The position numbers and the translations under genes were made by a program. Shown here piece after piece: positions 1 through 11,435 of a stretch of 34,208 nt of DNA. Every line of letters begins with the position of its first letter. The first letter of the stretch is position 1. The stretch is from Macrostomum lignano (taxonomy: Eukaryota). The notes under the pieces are model-generated. The model made no database searches, was not told the origin of the DNA, and worked only from the letters and a program-made list of their open reading frames with translations. Where the stretch lies: the NCBI GenBank assembly GCA_002269645.1, contig NIVC01004821.1, positions 1 to 34,208 on the forward strand, given 5' to 3'.

Positions 1-192
1 GAGATGAAATAGGAGAAGAGATGAGGAAGGAGAAAAGACGAGAGGGGAGAGATAAGAGATGAGAGGGGAGAGGAGATGAGAATGGAGAGGAGATGAGAGG
101 GGAGCTGAGAGGGGAGAGGAAATGAGATGGAAGAGGAGATGAGGGGAGAGACTAGAGATGAGGGGGAGAGGAGATAAGAGGGGAGAGAAGTG
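1..192. repeat. Purine-rich (GA) low-complexity tract
   Basis: Almost only G/A, with recurring GAGATGAGAGGGGAGAG-like units. Confidence 0.9.
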
Positions 193-1672
193 AGCTGAGA
201 AGCAACACAGACATTGAGCAGGCCGGATCGGCATTGTGAAGTTTTTTGAAGGACCCGAGGTCCGGATCGAGAGTTTGCCAACCCCCTGGCTCAGGAGAAA
301 ACCTACTGGTTTTGATTAGATGGCAGTCTAAGGGAGCAGCAGAGCGGAGTACCAGTTCCCTAAGGCTTATTCCCTAAGGGAATAAGGGAAGGGGGCAGAA
401 GTTCAACCAGGTGGAACAGGCATTCATTTAGCAAATAGAAGGTGCTGTCAGCTATAGTTTTTGTAATAACTGGGTTAGCGAGCGCCTGCTTGTTATATAA
501 GTACTCAGCTATGAGCCTTTCTCTGTTTTCAGTGTCCCTGTGTCTCACCTGCTGACTCTGTCGCCAACTTCATGAAGCTATACTCAGAAAAATCGATGAG
601 CCAACCCATCAATCATTGTATTGAGCATTCATTCGTATTGTGTTCATGTGCAGATTGTAAATCTTCGAGTGTTTTTTGTATAGCTGCGTGCAAAACGAAC
701 TGAATAACGCTCGTAAAAACTTAAGCCTGGCAGTCGAAAATCTCCCGTCTTAACATCATTCCCCTCGATGGATTAATAGTCCTAGTGCGCCTAAGGGGCT
801 GCATGGCGGAGGGGGGGGTTATTTTCGCCCCAGCTATAGCTTTAATTTTAGCGATACGGGAACTCAGTTTTTCATCTCCCATGCCTGGTCCGCTCTCGAG
901 CTGACTTTGACAGCCCAGTCCTATCATTATGCTTTATAACTCTTAGCTCCTAGCTACTAGGAGCAGAGCTTCTTTGCCAGAGCAGATCGATACGCAGCCA
1001 AGAACCGGAGGAAATGGTAAAGTGGCTCTGCAGGAGAGGCAATACGCTCTTTTATGCACTGGATTTTCTCTGCTGCAGCTGGGGCATCGAGAACCTCTGC
1101 CCTGCCTTTCTATCGTCGAAAAAGCGAGTTAGAGGGGGTAGGGGTAGCTCGCTGCGCATGCTTATAGCAATAGTAATATTGACAGCTTAGGCGAGGGATC
1201 AATGCTGGCCTCTCGCACACCCTCTGGTATTTGGCACCTTATGCACATTCAGTGAGGACTATTACTGGGATTGGCGACTCGCCCCTCCCCCAACTCCTGA
1301 ACGCGCATTTCGCCTAAATTAGTGTAGATTTTTAACTGGACAGACGCGCACAAACTTAAACTTCTATTAGACGCGTTTTTCAAGAATAAAAGCAATAGAT
1401 GTAAAAGTACAAGCATACCAAGCATGATAAGTTTAAAGAGGCCTAATTGCCTAACTACAAGGAAGCTGTTTGATGCAGATTTTCAAAAAGATTTTCTTTC
1501 AATTACTAGACACCCTGCTTTCCGATTTTGGCATGAACAGGTCTGTTCTGCGAATGCTGCGAAAGTATATTAAGATCTTCAAATCCATTGCTACTGTATA
1601 AAAGTGCACTGTATTCTAGCACTTCTGTGAGATATTAGCGAATGTAGATTGATAAAAATATCTAAATTGATG

Positions 1673-1679
1673 GATAGAC

Positions 1680-1717
<38 letters not shown>

Positions 1718-1727
1718 ATAGATAGAC

Positions 1728-1777
<50 letters not shown>

Positions 1778-1799
1778 ATAGATAGACAGATAGATATAC

Positions 1800-1833
<34 letters not shown>

Positions 1834-1851
1834 ATAGATAAATAGATAGAC

Positions 1852-1897
<46 letters not shown>

Positions 1898-1907
1898 ATA
1901 GATAGAC

Positions 1908-1945
<38 letters not shown>

Positions 1946-2053
1946 ATAGATAAATAGATAGACAGATAGATAGATAGATAGATAAATAGATAGACAGATA
2001 GATAGACAGATAGATAAATAGATAGACAGATAGATAGATAAATAGATAGACAG

Positions 2054-2084
<31 letters not shown>

Positions 2085-2187
2085 GATAGACAGATTGATA
2101 GACAGATAGATAGACAGATAGATAGATAATAGATAGACAGATAGATAGATAATAGATACAGATAGATAGATAAATAGATATACAGAC

Positions 2188-2238
<51 letters not shown>

Positions 2239-2270
2239 CAGATAGATAGATAGACACATAGATAGATGGA
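1673..2270. repeat. (GATA)n/(GACA)n microsatellite, ~600 bp
   Basis: Direct reading; produces the spurious (IYLS)n ORFs on the minus strand. Confidence 0.98.
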
Positions 2271-2282
2271 TATGACACTCAC

Positions 2283-2376
2283 CTGAGCACCTGAAAGCTG
2301 CCAGACTGTGAAACCGCAGGCTGATCATGAGCAGCAGAGACAAACAGACCATTGCGGACAGTCTCGGACACTGCAT
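2283..2376 (-). CDS. Probable first coding exon (signal peptide) of a secreted or membrane protein; remaining exons not identified, possibly off the left edge
   Basis: ATG at 2376 gives MQCPRLSAMVCLSLLLMISLRFHSLAAFRCS (hydrophobic core, small residues near a cleavage site), followed by a strong phase-1 donor CAG|GTGAGT at 2283/2282. Confidence 0.5.
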
Positions 2377-2553
2377 CTCGCTGTCCGAAAAGCTGACCCG
2401 GCCAGCACCCAGGCACCAGCAGCAGCAGCAGGAGACTGGAGCCTAAATACCTGACAATTAAGCGCTCCGTTGATCCCTCAGAAAAATGTTCAGCAGCCTT
2501 TATCAGGACACCCCCCAGCTGGCAGCCAGCCTCCTCCCCCAGCTGCATCAATT

Positions 2554-2588
2554 AGGGATTGGCCGTGATGAGTGGCCAGCCAATCCCT
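2554..2588. promoter_or_regulatory. Inverted pair of CCAAT boxes forming a 10-bp inverted repeat
   Basis: AGGGATTGGC (2554-2563) and GCCAATCCCT (2579-2588), ~180 bp upstream of the signal-peptide ATG. Confidence 0.35.
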
Positions 2589-3320
2589 CCACTGGGTGAC
2601 TTGAAAGTTTAAAAGAAATGAAAACTCCTTATTGGTTTCTGGAGACTTTAGAATCCCCTTCAAGTTGATTTATAACAATGCGCCAGTTCTGTAGCGTCCC
2701 ATATTTATTTATGGTTTACTGTTATATTAATAAATTATAAATTTGACAAAAAACCAGCAGCGCGTAGCAAATATAAAACAGCCAGACTGACTACTATTTA
2801 ACAGTAATACAGTTAGAATCTTACTATTAAAAGTTGATTTAAAAAAAAATAAAATACAAACGCACAGAGTAAAACAAATGGAATTATTTTGTGCGACATG
2901 ACTTCGATAAAGAAACATCGTGTTTGGAATGTATTAAATAAACACTACGAAATGACAGAACTATTCATTAGAATAATTACTTTATTTACAGACTAATTTG
3001 TTGAATTAATAAATATTAATAATTTATATAGTGTGCCATGAAAAAATGATTAGAATATTTATTAAAGGTAAAACTGTGCGCAAAATTGTACTTTTTTAGC
3101 AAATAAAATTAACTGTAAAAGTCCAAATATATATTATGTAAGGTGTATTGCACAGCAAAAATCAGATATGCAAAGCAAAATTGCACTTTTACTATTGCAA
3201 TAAGTACACACGAACTTAATTTAAATTCCCCTCGACGACAACCCGATTATTAATTATCAATAGTACCCGTGTTACACAATTATTGACAAAATAAAACCAC
3301 ATTTGCGTGTAAGCTACTTA

Positions 3321-3624
3321 CAGTTCAGTAGCAGGCTAAATTAAGAAGCATTTTAAATGTATTTTTAGGGTAAAAGTCTCATTTATTGGCTCTCTGACCC
3401 CCATAGCTTGAATCTCTACTCCCGTCCCACTGAAAATTTTTATTGCGTTCCTCGCTGTGTTTTCTAACCTGCCATGTACATTCTCAGTGGCACTGGCTGA
3501 TGTACATTATGACGGCTTGCGCCGCCAATAGCAAGCTGTTTATTAAGGTCTGCAAGTCACTCCAACTGGCTTTCTCTTTTCATAAAATAGCTTACGCATT
3601 ATAACTTACCATACTACTGAACTG
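3321..3624. mobile_element. Possible Tc1/mariner-type MITE (decayed)
   Basis: Perfect 11-bp inverted termini CAGTTCAGTAG / CTACTGAACTG with ~20 more partly matching bases. TA on the left flank but AA on the right, so the TSD is imperfect. Confidence 0.35.
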
Positions 3625-3734
3625 AAAGCTAAAGTAGAGAGAAACACTTATAAAAAGCTAATATAATATGCCCAAGTGGCCCATTTAAGTATAAGATTTA
3701 TTATCGTTTGACTATTTCATGTTGGCATATGATT

Positions 3735-4092
3735 TACATACACATGTACATCCATACACATGCACATCTATGCACATGTACATCCATACACATGCACATC
3801 TATGCACATGTACATCCATGCACATGCACATCTATGCACATGTACATGCATACAAGGCACATCTATGCACATGTACATCTATACACATGCACATCTATGC
3901 ACATGTACATCCATACACATGTACATCCATACACATGTACAGCTATGCACATGCACATCTATGCACATGTACATCCATACACATGTACATCTATGCATAT
4001 GTACATTCATACACATGTACATCTATGTACATGTACATCTATGCACATGTACATCCATACACATGTACAGCTATGCACATGTAAATCCATGC
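3735..4092. repeat. Purine-pyrimidine alternating minisatellite (TGCACATGTA / CATCCATACA / TGCACATCTA modules)
   Basis: Direct reading; source of the His/Met/Cys-rich ORFs at 3708-4421. Confidence 0.95.
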
Positions 4093-4318
4093 GCGGCGCA
4101 TCTGAAGGCTGCGTACGGCTGTTCAGTCCAAGGACTGGGGGTCGCCACACACAGCCTCAATTACCCCAGCTAATTCTGGCACCCATTTTACAGCTGGGAG
4201 AACTGAAGCAATTCAGAGTTAAGTGTCTTGCTCAAGGACACAAATTGTTCCAGTGGAATCGAGAATCGAACCCCCGACCTTCAAGTAGTGAGTCCGACGC
4301 TCTAACCACTAGGCTAAC
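4093..4318 (-). mobile_element. tRNA-derived CORE-SINE (MIR-like)
   Basis: Minus-strand head GTTAGCCTAGTGGTTAGAGCG...GGTTCGATTC carries Pol III A and B boxes. Plus-strand 4182-4242 CCCATTTTACAGCTGGGAGAACTGAAGCAATTCAGAGTTAAGTGTCTTGCTCAAGGACACA matches the reverse complement of the MIR CORE as recalled (CCCATTTTACAGATGAGGAAACTGAGGC..AGAGGTTAAGTGACTTGCCCAAGGTCACA). Confidence 0.85.
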
Positions 4319-4464
4319 AATTCTAAGAATCCCACTAATTATAGAGTTATTGATATTTCAAATAGTTAAGACACGCGCTGTGGCAACACAAGAAGCCACA
4401 GTATATAATAAAACTTACTAATAGTAAATCAGCTACTCGAAAACGCACACCCTATGCCTGTGTC

Positions 4465-5277
4465 TTACACGGTGCTGTCGCCAAACGGGCCACCAGACCG
4501 AGCCGTGCTGGCCTTGTAGTCTCCGCTAGTCGGATCATAATAACTGCCCGGTCCCTTGGCCACAGTGGACGGGCCAGGCAGACCGGACAGTCCCTTGTCC
4601 TCCTGGTCGGCCAGCAGGTAGTCCAGCTCGTCCTGGTCCAGGTAGCGAATCACAATGAATGCCACGGTGAACAGGCTGGCAAAGTTGGCCACGCAGGCGA
4701 GGCCATAGGAGAAGCCCAGCCTATTGTGGTCCGGCTTGGGCATCCATTCTCTATCCAGGCTTTTCACTCCGACCAAGATTAGCTGAAGCAGCACGCAGAA
4801 GGTGGCGAGCGACTGGCAGATGGCGCAGACGCGCAGCAGTTTCCAGTCGGCGGGCTCTCGCAGTACCTGCTTGTTGATGAATCGGCGACAGGCCAGCCGG
4901 CTGATGATCAGAGTGGCCAGCAGCATGCAGATAAGGGCCACAATGCCCATCATTTGCACAGCGTAGAACCATGGCGGATTCAACCAGGATCGAATGTAAT
5001 AGTACTCAGGATAGTAGATATACCAGCAGCCAGAATAGGCCTTGGACACGTAGTCCTCTGGGTGAATATAGTTATTGAAGCACGACACCCACAGGCCTAG
5101 CCTAGTGAATGTACTTTTCATAGCTGGATCGGACTCAATCCAATAGGGCGTGACAAAGGCGACAAGGTAGAGTATGGAGCCAACCACTGAGCTGACTAGG
5201 CTGCAGCGGAATGGCAGATCGCGCGGCAGCTGGCCATACTGGACTGGCTGCTGGTCATATCCTTGATAGCTGTGCAT
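4465..5277 (-). CDS. Claudin-like / PMP22-EMP-MP20 family tetraspan protein (invertebrate septate-junction type), 270 aa, intronless
   Basis: Four hydrophobic segments; claudin first-loop signature W...GLW..C...C (PYW...LGLWVSCF...GCWYIY); LGFSYGLA before TM4; C-terminal STV is a class I PDZ-binding motif. Confidence 0.88.
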   Translation of the reverse strand: MHSYQGYDQQPVQYGQLPRDLPFRCSLVSSVVGSILYLVAFVTPYWIESDPAMKSTFTRLGLWVSCFNNYIHPEDYVSKAYSGCWYIYYPEYYYIRSWLNPPWFYAVQMMGIVALICMLLATLIISRLACRRFINKQVLREPADWKLLRVCAICQSLATFCVLLQLILVGVKSLDREWMPKPDHNRLGFSYGLACVANFASLFTVAFIVIRYLDQDELDYLLADQEDKGLSGLPGPSTVAKGPGSYYDPTSGDYKASTARSGGPFGDSTV

Positions 5278-5578
5278 TAGCTGGAGCTCTGGAGTATGCA
5301 GTGTAAGGAGTCAACATTATACATTATAAACATTATAACTTATGCAAATACAAAAGGGCAGCCTGTCTAAAAGAAGCTTGAGTCGGATTGGATGTATTAC
5401 TAAATAAAAGCCATATTTTAAGCAACATAAATTGTTTTAAATTTCAATGTAATTTCTTTTCTATGTTATTTCTATGAAATAGAAAGGTCTAGTATACGTA
5501 GTCTAGTCTAGTTTAATTATAATATATTGTTTATAATTAAAACATATTATTCATTTTATAAATAATATTTGACAGACA

Positions 5579-5749
5579 CATGCTTGGTCGCAACCTAGGG
5601 AGTCACCGGCCGTTTCTATTGGCAACACACACATCATTATCGCTATTGGACGAAATAGTAGTCATGTAACTGCTCTCAGCCAATAGCGACTTACATGTGT
5701 GTGTTGCCAATAGAAACGGCCGAGTAATTCCCAAGGTTGTGCATGTATG
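5579..5749. mobile_element. Foldback-shaped MITE, possibly hAT-type
   Basis: ~60-bp inverted arms (5591-5649 and 5680-5739) with a perfect CGGCCGTTTCTATTGGCAACACACACAT core; flanked by an 8-bp direct repeat GACAGACA (5571-5578, 5750-5757). Confidence 0.65.
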
Positions 5750-5859
5750 GACAGACATGTTTATAAAATCTATTTGATTGTCAACTTGGTTAACTAAAAG
5801 AAGTCACAATATTATAAACAAGGGAATTAAAAGCGTTATACTAATCACCACACTCTGCC

Positions 5860-6890
5860 CTAAAGGATCATGCACCTGAAGGATCAAAGACCTGAAGGAT
5901 CATGCACCTGAGTGAATAGACCTAAAGGATTATAGACCTGAAGGATCAGAGACCTGAAGAATAAGAGACCTAAAGGATCAGGGACCTGAAGGATCAGGGA
6001 CCTGAAGGATCAGGGACCTGAAGGATCAGGGACCTGAAGGATCAGGGACCTGAAGGATCAGGGACCTGAAGGATCAGGGACCTGAAGGATCAGGGACCTG
6101 AAGGATCAGGGACCTGAAGGATCAGGGACCTGAAGGATCAGGGACCTGAAGGATCAGGGACCTGAAGGATCAGGGACCTGAAGGATCAGGGACCTGAAGG
6201 ATCAGGGACCTGAAGGATCAGGGACCTGAAGGATCAGGGACCTGAAGGATCAGGGACCTGAAGGATCAGGGACCTGAAGGATCAGGGACCTGAAGGATCA
6301 GGGACCTGAAGGATCAGGGACCTGAAGGATCAGGGACCTGAAGGATCAGGGACCTGAAGGATCAGGGACCCGAAGGATCAGGGACCTGAAGGATCAGGGA
6401 CCTGAAGGATCAGGGACCTGAAGGATCAGGGACCTGAAGGATCAGGGACCTGAAGGATCAGGGACCTGAAGGATCAGGGACCTGAAGTATAAAGGAGCTG
6501 AAAGATCAGAAACCTGAAGGATCAGGGACCTGAAAGAATAAACGTGAAGTATTGGACCTGAAGGATCAGACCTGAAAGATCAGAGGCCTGTAGGATCAGG
6601 GACTGAGAGACCTAAAGGATTAGACCTAAAGGATCATGCACCTGAAAGATCAGAGGCCTGTAGGATCAGGGACTGAGAGACCTAAAGGATTAGACCTAAA
6701 GGATCATGCACCTGAAGGATCATGCACCTGAGTTATTAGACCTTAAGGATCAGAGACCTGAAGGATTAGACCTGAAGAGTCAGAGACCTGAACAATTAGA
6801 GACCTGAAGGATTAGACCTGAAGGATCATGCCCTTAAAGGATTAGACCTATAGGATCAAAGACCTTAATGATTAGAGACCTGATGACTCC
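5860..6890. repeat. 16-bp minisatellite (CCTGAAGGATCAGGGA)n, ~31 near-perfect copies at 5978-6487 with degenerate flanks
   Basis: Direct reading. Confidence 0.97.
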
Positions 6891-7620
6891 AGATCATATA
6901 GTATATGCCAAAAATTTGGGTGTGCATTGGAATTGCATGCCAAAAGTTAGGCCTATATAGTTGGTGCATTACTCCTAAGAAAATAATATGCAAGCATACT
7001 AAGCATACACTTTGTAGTATCATGTGAAAGAGTTAGTATAAAGTGGAAAAAAGATTGAAAAGTTCATTTTTAATTGTAAATTTCATATTTTCCAATTTTT
7101 AACCTTGTATTTGTAATAAAGCATTTAAACAAATTGTTGTGCATATATATTTCCCCTAAAGTAATAAAGGCAAGAATGATAAATAATCAACCAAATTATC
7201 AATTAAAAAGGGTCTATTACGCAATGCAAAAAAATCATTTTTGGTCACAATGTAAATAGGTCATTTATGATTTATTGTTGCAACACTGGCCTAGATTTGA
7301 GAGTGTAGACATGCACTTAGAATTTTTTGGCATTTATCCTTGATAGCTGTAATTAATAATTTAAATTGTAATTATTTAATTTTTGCTTAGGTGTGCAGCC
7401 AGCATGATCCAGACTATGGACTAACTAAAATCACAGGCTAAGTATGCCCTAAAAGTATTTACACCACAAATACAAACTTAGATATCTAGAAAGTTTTATC
7501 ATTATTTGAGTACAAGACCTTACTAGCTGTTGGATTTAAATACCCCTTTATAATAGATTCTAGGAAATGAATGTATTATAAGTATAAGTATATTCTTATT
7601 ATTTTTAAATTATTATCAAA

Positions 7621-8062
7621 GACAGCTGTTATTGTTACGGTGACCATTTAAATAGGAAGACAGTTATTTTTACAGTCAACACTTAAAAACAAATACATAT
7701 AAATGAAGTGACAAACTTGCTATCCAAATATTAAGATGGTTGAATTAAAAAAATAAAGAAATGTGTTATGAATAAATACAATGGTAACTTCTAGTGGTTC
7801 TTGTCATGGTAGCTAGCTTTAGCTAATTGTTAACTATTACATTGTTATTAAACTGAAATTTCTTCCACATGATTGATGACCATTAAAAATAGCCATTTTG
7901 CTTTTCTTACCTATTATGGTGAGGGTAAAAATAACAGTTTTGCTATTTATACAGTCACATTAAGTAAAGACCATAGGCCCAGATAGTGTCTTTTGCAGTA
8001 ACCATAAAAATAACCATTTTATTATTTATATGGTCATGGTCACCGTAACAATAACAACTGCC
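7621..8062. mobile_element. Mutator (MULE)-type MITE, 442 bp
   Basis: TIRs G(A/G)CAG(C/T)TGTTATTGTTACGGTGACCAT extending imperfectly to ~55 bp; exact 9-bp TSD ATTATCAAA at 7612-7620 and 8063-8071. Confidence 0.88.
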
Positions 8063-11000
8063 ATTATCAAAATATGGCTAGTATAGATATAGAAAACAAT
8101 CTAATTAGAAACAATTTGTTTAACAGACGATTTGATATTAGTAGCTCAAAAGGAAAAGTGTTTTATCACTTCTATATAGTTTATTGAATCAAAAAGCTCT
8201 GATAAACCTCTTACAGTTTATCAAGACCTTAAGTGAACAATTTATACTGACCATTAATTTTTTTCTATAAGCAGACGGAAATTAAAAGGAAATATATCAA
8301 AGCGAGAGTGAATCAGTGATAAATTATAATGTTAGTAAATTTCAGCAAAATAATTATTTTTGAATTTTAGAAGACAATGCCATCGGAAAATAAAGTCAGG
8401 CTAAAACAATTTTGAAAAAAATTAAGAATTTACTTCCTCATTTTAAATCTACTCAGCACAGTTTTCGGAACAAAAAAATTAAATTAATAACGATGAAAGT
8501 AATAAAGAATTACTTTTTGTATTTTAAAAAAGCTAATTGGGCAAGATTTTGGTTTGTTTTTAAAACTTATATTAAAATATCGTTTTACCTGATGTCCAGT
8601 TCTACGAAAAGAAAGAATAATAGGGGCCTAATTTAAATTGGGGTCTCCCTGAAACTTCTCACTAAGTGAATATAGCTAAACTATATGAAGTCATCAATAG
8701 CTATAACAGTTATGCAAACTAAAACAGATACATCAGCAGTTTAATAAATCCGGTTTTCAGTTGTTTATTCGTTTACTGTCTTTTTTAATTCCCTATTTAA
8801 ATCGTCGTTAATCGCTAGACGTTAAGTTCGTTCGAAGTGTGTTTATGCTCGTTCTTCACGCTTTGAAATATCACGCGCAATTAAATCTACATCGTTACAA
8901 CTCCACACATGGTTGTGGAAGCGAAGCTATAATAAAATTACAATCAACACTTGTACACATATAGCGTGCATTTAGATGCCAATTATAGCGAGAAGTTGAA
9001 TCCCTAAACGTGTATTTAATCCTATATTTTACATACTATTGATTGAGAAACAATTTACATGTATAAAAAACAATCGAATAACAATTTTACAGCTTTGCGA
9101 AATCTTGCGATGACGAAGTGTCCAAAAACCATGGTCACTTCGTCATCTGGATGACGAACTGGTAAGATGACGAAGTGTCCAGGACTCGAAAATTTTGCTT
9201 AAGCTAACTCTTTTCTTACTACTATTACTTAAACATTAATTATAATTAATTATAAAATCATTTAAATAAAAAATAAAACTTGTTTTTATAAAAGTGGTAA
9301 CTTTGTCTATTTATTTGACCATGTTCCATCTTGTAATGTTGACAAATCAAGCATTGTCATCTTTTAATTTGATCTTTGAGCTTTGAGCTTTTGACCTACT
9401 TAGCCCTAAGTTTTAGTTTTAGTTTTACCTAAAACACTAAAATTTAGTTCTATTGAAACAATAACAAATGAAAATAATTCTCATTTAAATTTGAATTAAA
9501 AATTAGCTAAACTTGCTTTTGCCTTTGTTTTTTTCCTTAGGGGGCCTACCTTTGTAGAAACTTCTCAAGTGATCTTAAGTTAAGATCTTAGATCTTAAGT
9601 AAAGATCTAGAAAATTTTTGAAAGGGAGGGAGGGGCAAGTAGTATCTACACTTTTCAATGCCTATGCTTTTTGGTGCCTAGCAATTTGGTAGGGGTACCA
9701 TCAAAACAGCCACATATAGAACAGCCACTTGACAGAATGGCCACATAAAACAAAAAATGTTGCAGGTCTATCACATTTTGTACTATTAGGACACTATATA
9801 TAATTAATAGAAGTTGAAAATGCTTAATTGAAGTTTGTAATTAACAAAAAGGGGGTGGAGCTACTATCTACTTTTGTGATCAATTTAACTTTTGTGGTAA
9901 ATTTTATTTTGTGATACTTTGTAAATCATTTTAACATTTTTAAAATTAAACTTTCTTACTTGTAACATATGCTACAACTAAGAAAAAAGCAGTGGAATGA
10001 AGTATAAAAACTAGTGGTAAGGTATATTGCTCTGGCTTCTTAGCTTAGTGCTATAGAACTATATTTCATTGTTATGGCATTTGGTATAGATCCTATTCAT
10101 TTCGTCAACTGCCATTTTGTTAACTGGACACATTGTCAACCTGTTCCCCATATTGGTTGTTTTGTCAACCAACCAATAAGATACTTTTAAAGCTTGGTTA
10201 TTTCATCAACTATTCAATGGGACAATGTCAACTTTTGGTCACTTCCTCAATTGCCAATAATACATGCCCTGCATGAAACTTTTTTCCCTTCCGACTTATA
10301 TTCTTAGAGGCTGCAATGATTGACACAGTATCTCTAAAACTACATGTTGTTTTAGTCTTTAAAACCACAACCACTGTATTCAGTTGCATGTTTATTCAAT
10401 GCAGTCCTCTTCCTTTCTTAATGCAGTCCTCTTCCTTTCTTAATGCAGCCCTCTCAGGCTTGGGACCAGACAATGGCAGAGTTACTGCCACAAAAATGCA
10501 GTTTGCATGGTAAAAAAAAGAATAATGCATTGCACAAAATCACAAAAAGCACAAAGGCCACCACAAAGGTCACAATCAAATATAAAGCTGAAGATATGCA
10601 CAGAATGTACAGTTATTTATAGGATTTATTTTGCTGTCTATTTGTTATTTGTAAAGAACAAGGATTCTATCCAAATGCCCCCCCCATTGGGGGGCAAAGA
10701 TTGTTAGTAACTTACCAAGAGAAACCAAGTAAAATGAAATAAGATATATTTATATATATATATAGTGTTAAAAAAGGCCATAACCCTCTCTAATCTTGGC
10801 AATATCTAAATTGAATAGTTAGATAACTAAAATATTTATAGGAAGAGATGAGATGAGATAAGATAGAAGTCACAATAAATAATAATGCTAATAGGTAACA
10901 AGTTAGAAACACCAAAAACGTATTCTCAGACTAATATTTAGACTTAGTGTATGTAATACTTATCCTCAAAATTTAATCTAAAGAATTGAGGTTAAAAAAT

Positions 11001-11435
11001 CTATGCCTAGACTAGTCTTGTAACAACTTCAAGGGTATTTAGTGACTTAGTCATGAGTCCTACTGTAGAAAATTTTTGTGTTAGCAAAAGGACATAAGAA
11101 TTTATCAAAAGACTAAAAGACAAGACAAATAGCTATTATAACTTTGGTATCAGCTTTAAGGTAGAATTAAAAGTCTCTTAGATGTATTAGAAATCTCTTA
11201 GAAAACTGAAGTCTAGGCAATACAAGTTTTTGCAAGCTCTTTATTCTGTTAATTATGTAAATTAGGATAGATATTTGTGCAAAATATCTACCCAATATAA
11301 TACTACATAAATTACAGCTTGGATCTTTGATTAGATCCAATGTTAAGCATAAAAAACATTAAATTTACCCAACTGGATTTTGATTGTGACAATGACTTTA
11401 ACTATATATATGCATACAAAAATATTTACCTTCAG

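Noticed and set aside
190-290. Conserved in-frame TGA as selenocysteine
   Set aside because: The downstream sequence resembles decayed LINE RT, with no selenoprotein motif or visible SECIS.
356-390. Hairpin CTTATTCCC-TAA-GGGAATAAG; similar GC hairpin at ~10677-10696
   Set aside because: Short isolated palindromes with no U-tract or transcript context; bacterial terminator logic does not apply.
1018-1090. Minus-strand CPSC..N......YCLSC zinc-ribbon-like peptide
   Set aside because: No start codon or convincing splice sites, stops on both sides, and it lies in decayed repeat-like DNA; probably chance.
1591-2282. Long (IYLS)n ORFs, also at 12580-13101
   Set aside because: Translation of (GATA)n microsatellite; the minus strand simply lacks stops.
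4245-4318. tRNA gene on the minus strand
   Set aside because: A and B boxes are present, but no complete acceptor stem is evident and the sequence runs into a CORE domain; it is a SINE head.
8412-8636. 74-aa Lys/Phe-rich ORF and other small AT-rich ORFs (2727-2918, 10316-10707)
   Set aside because: Composition mirrors AT-rich intergenic DNA; no recognisable motif.
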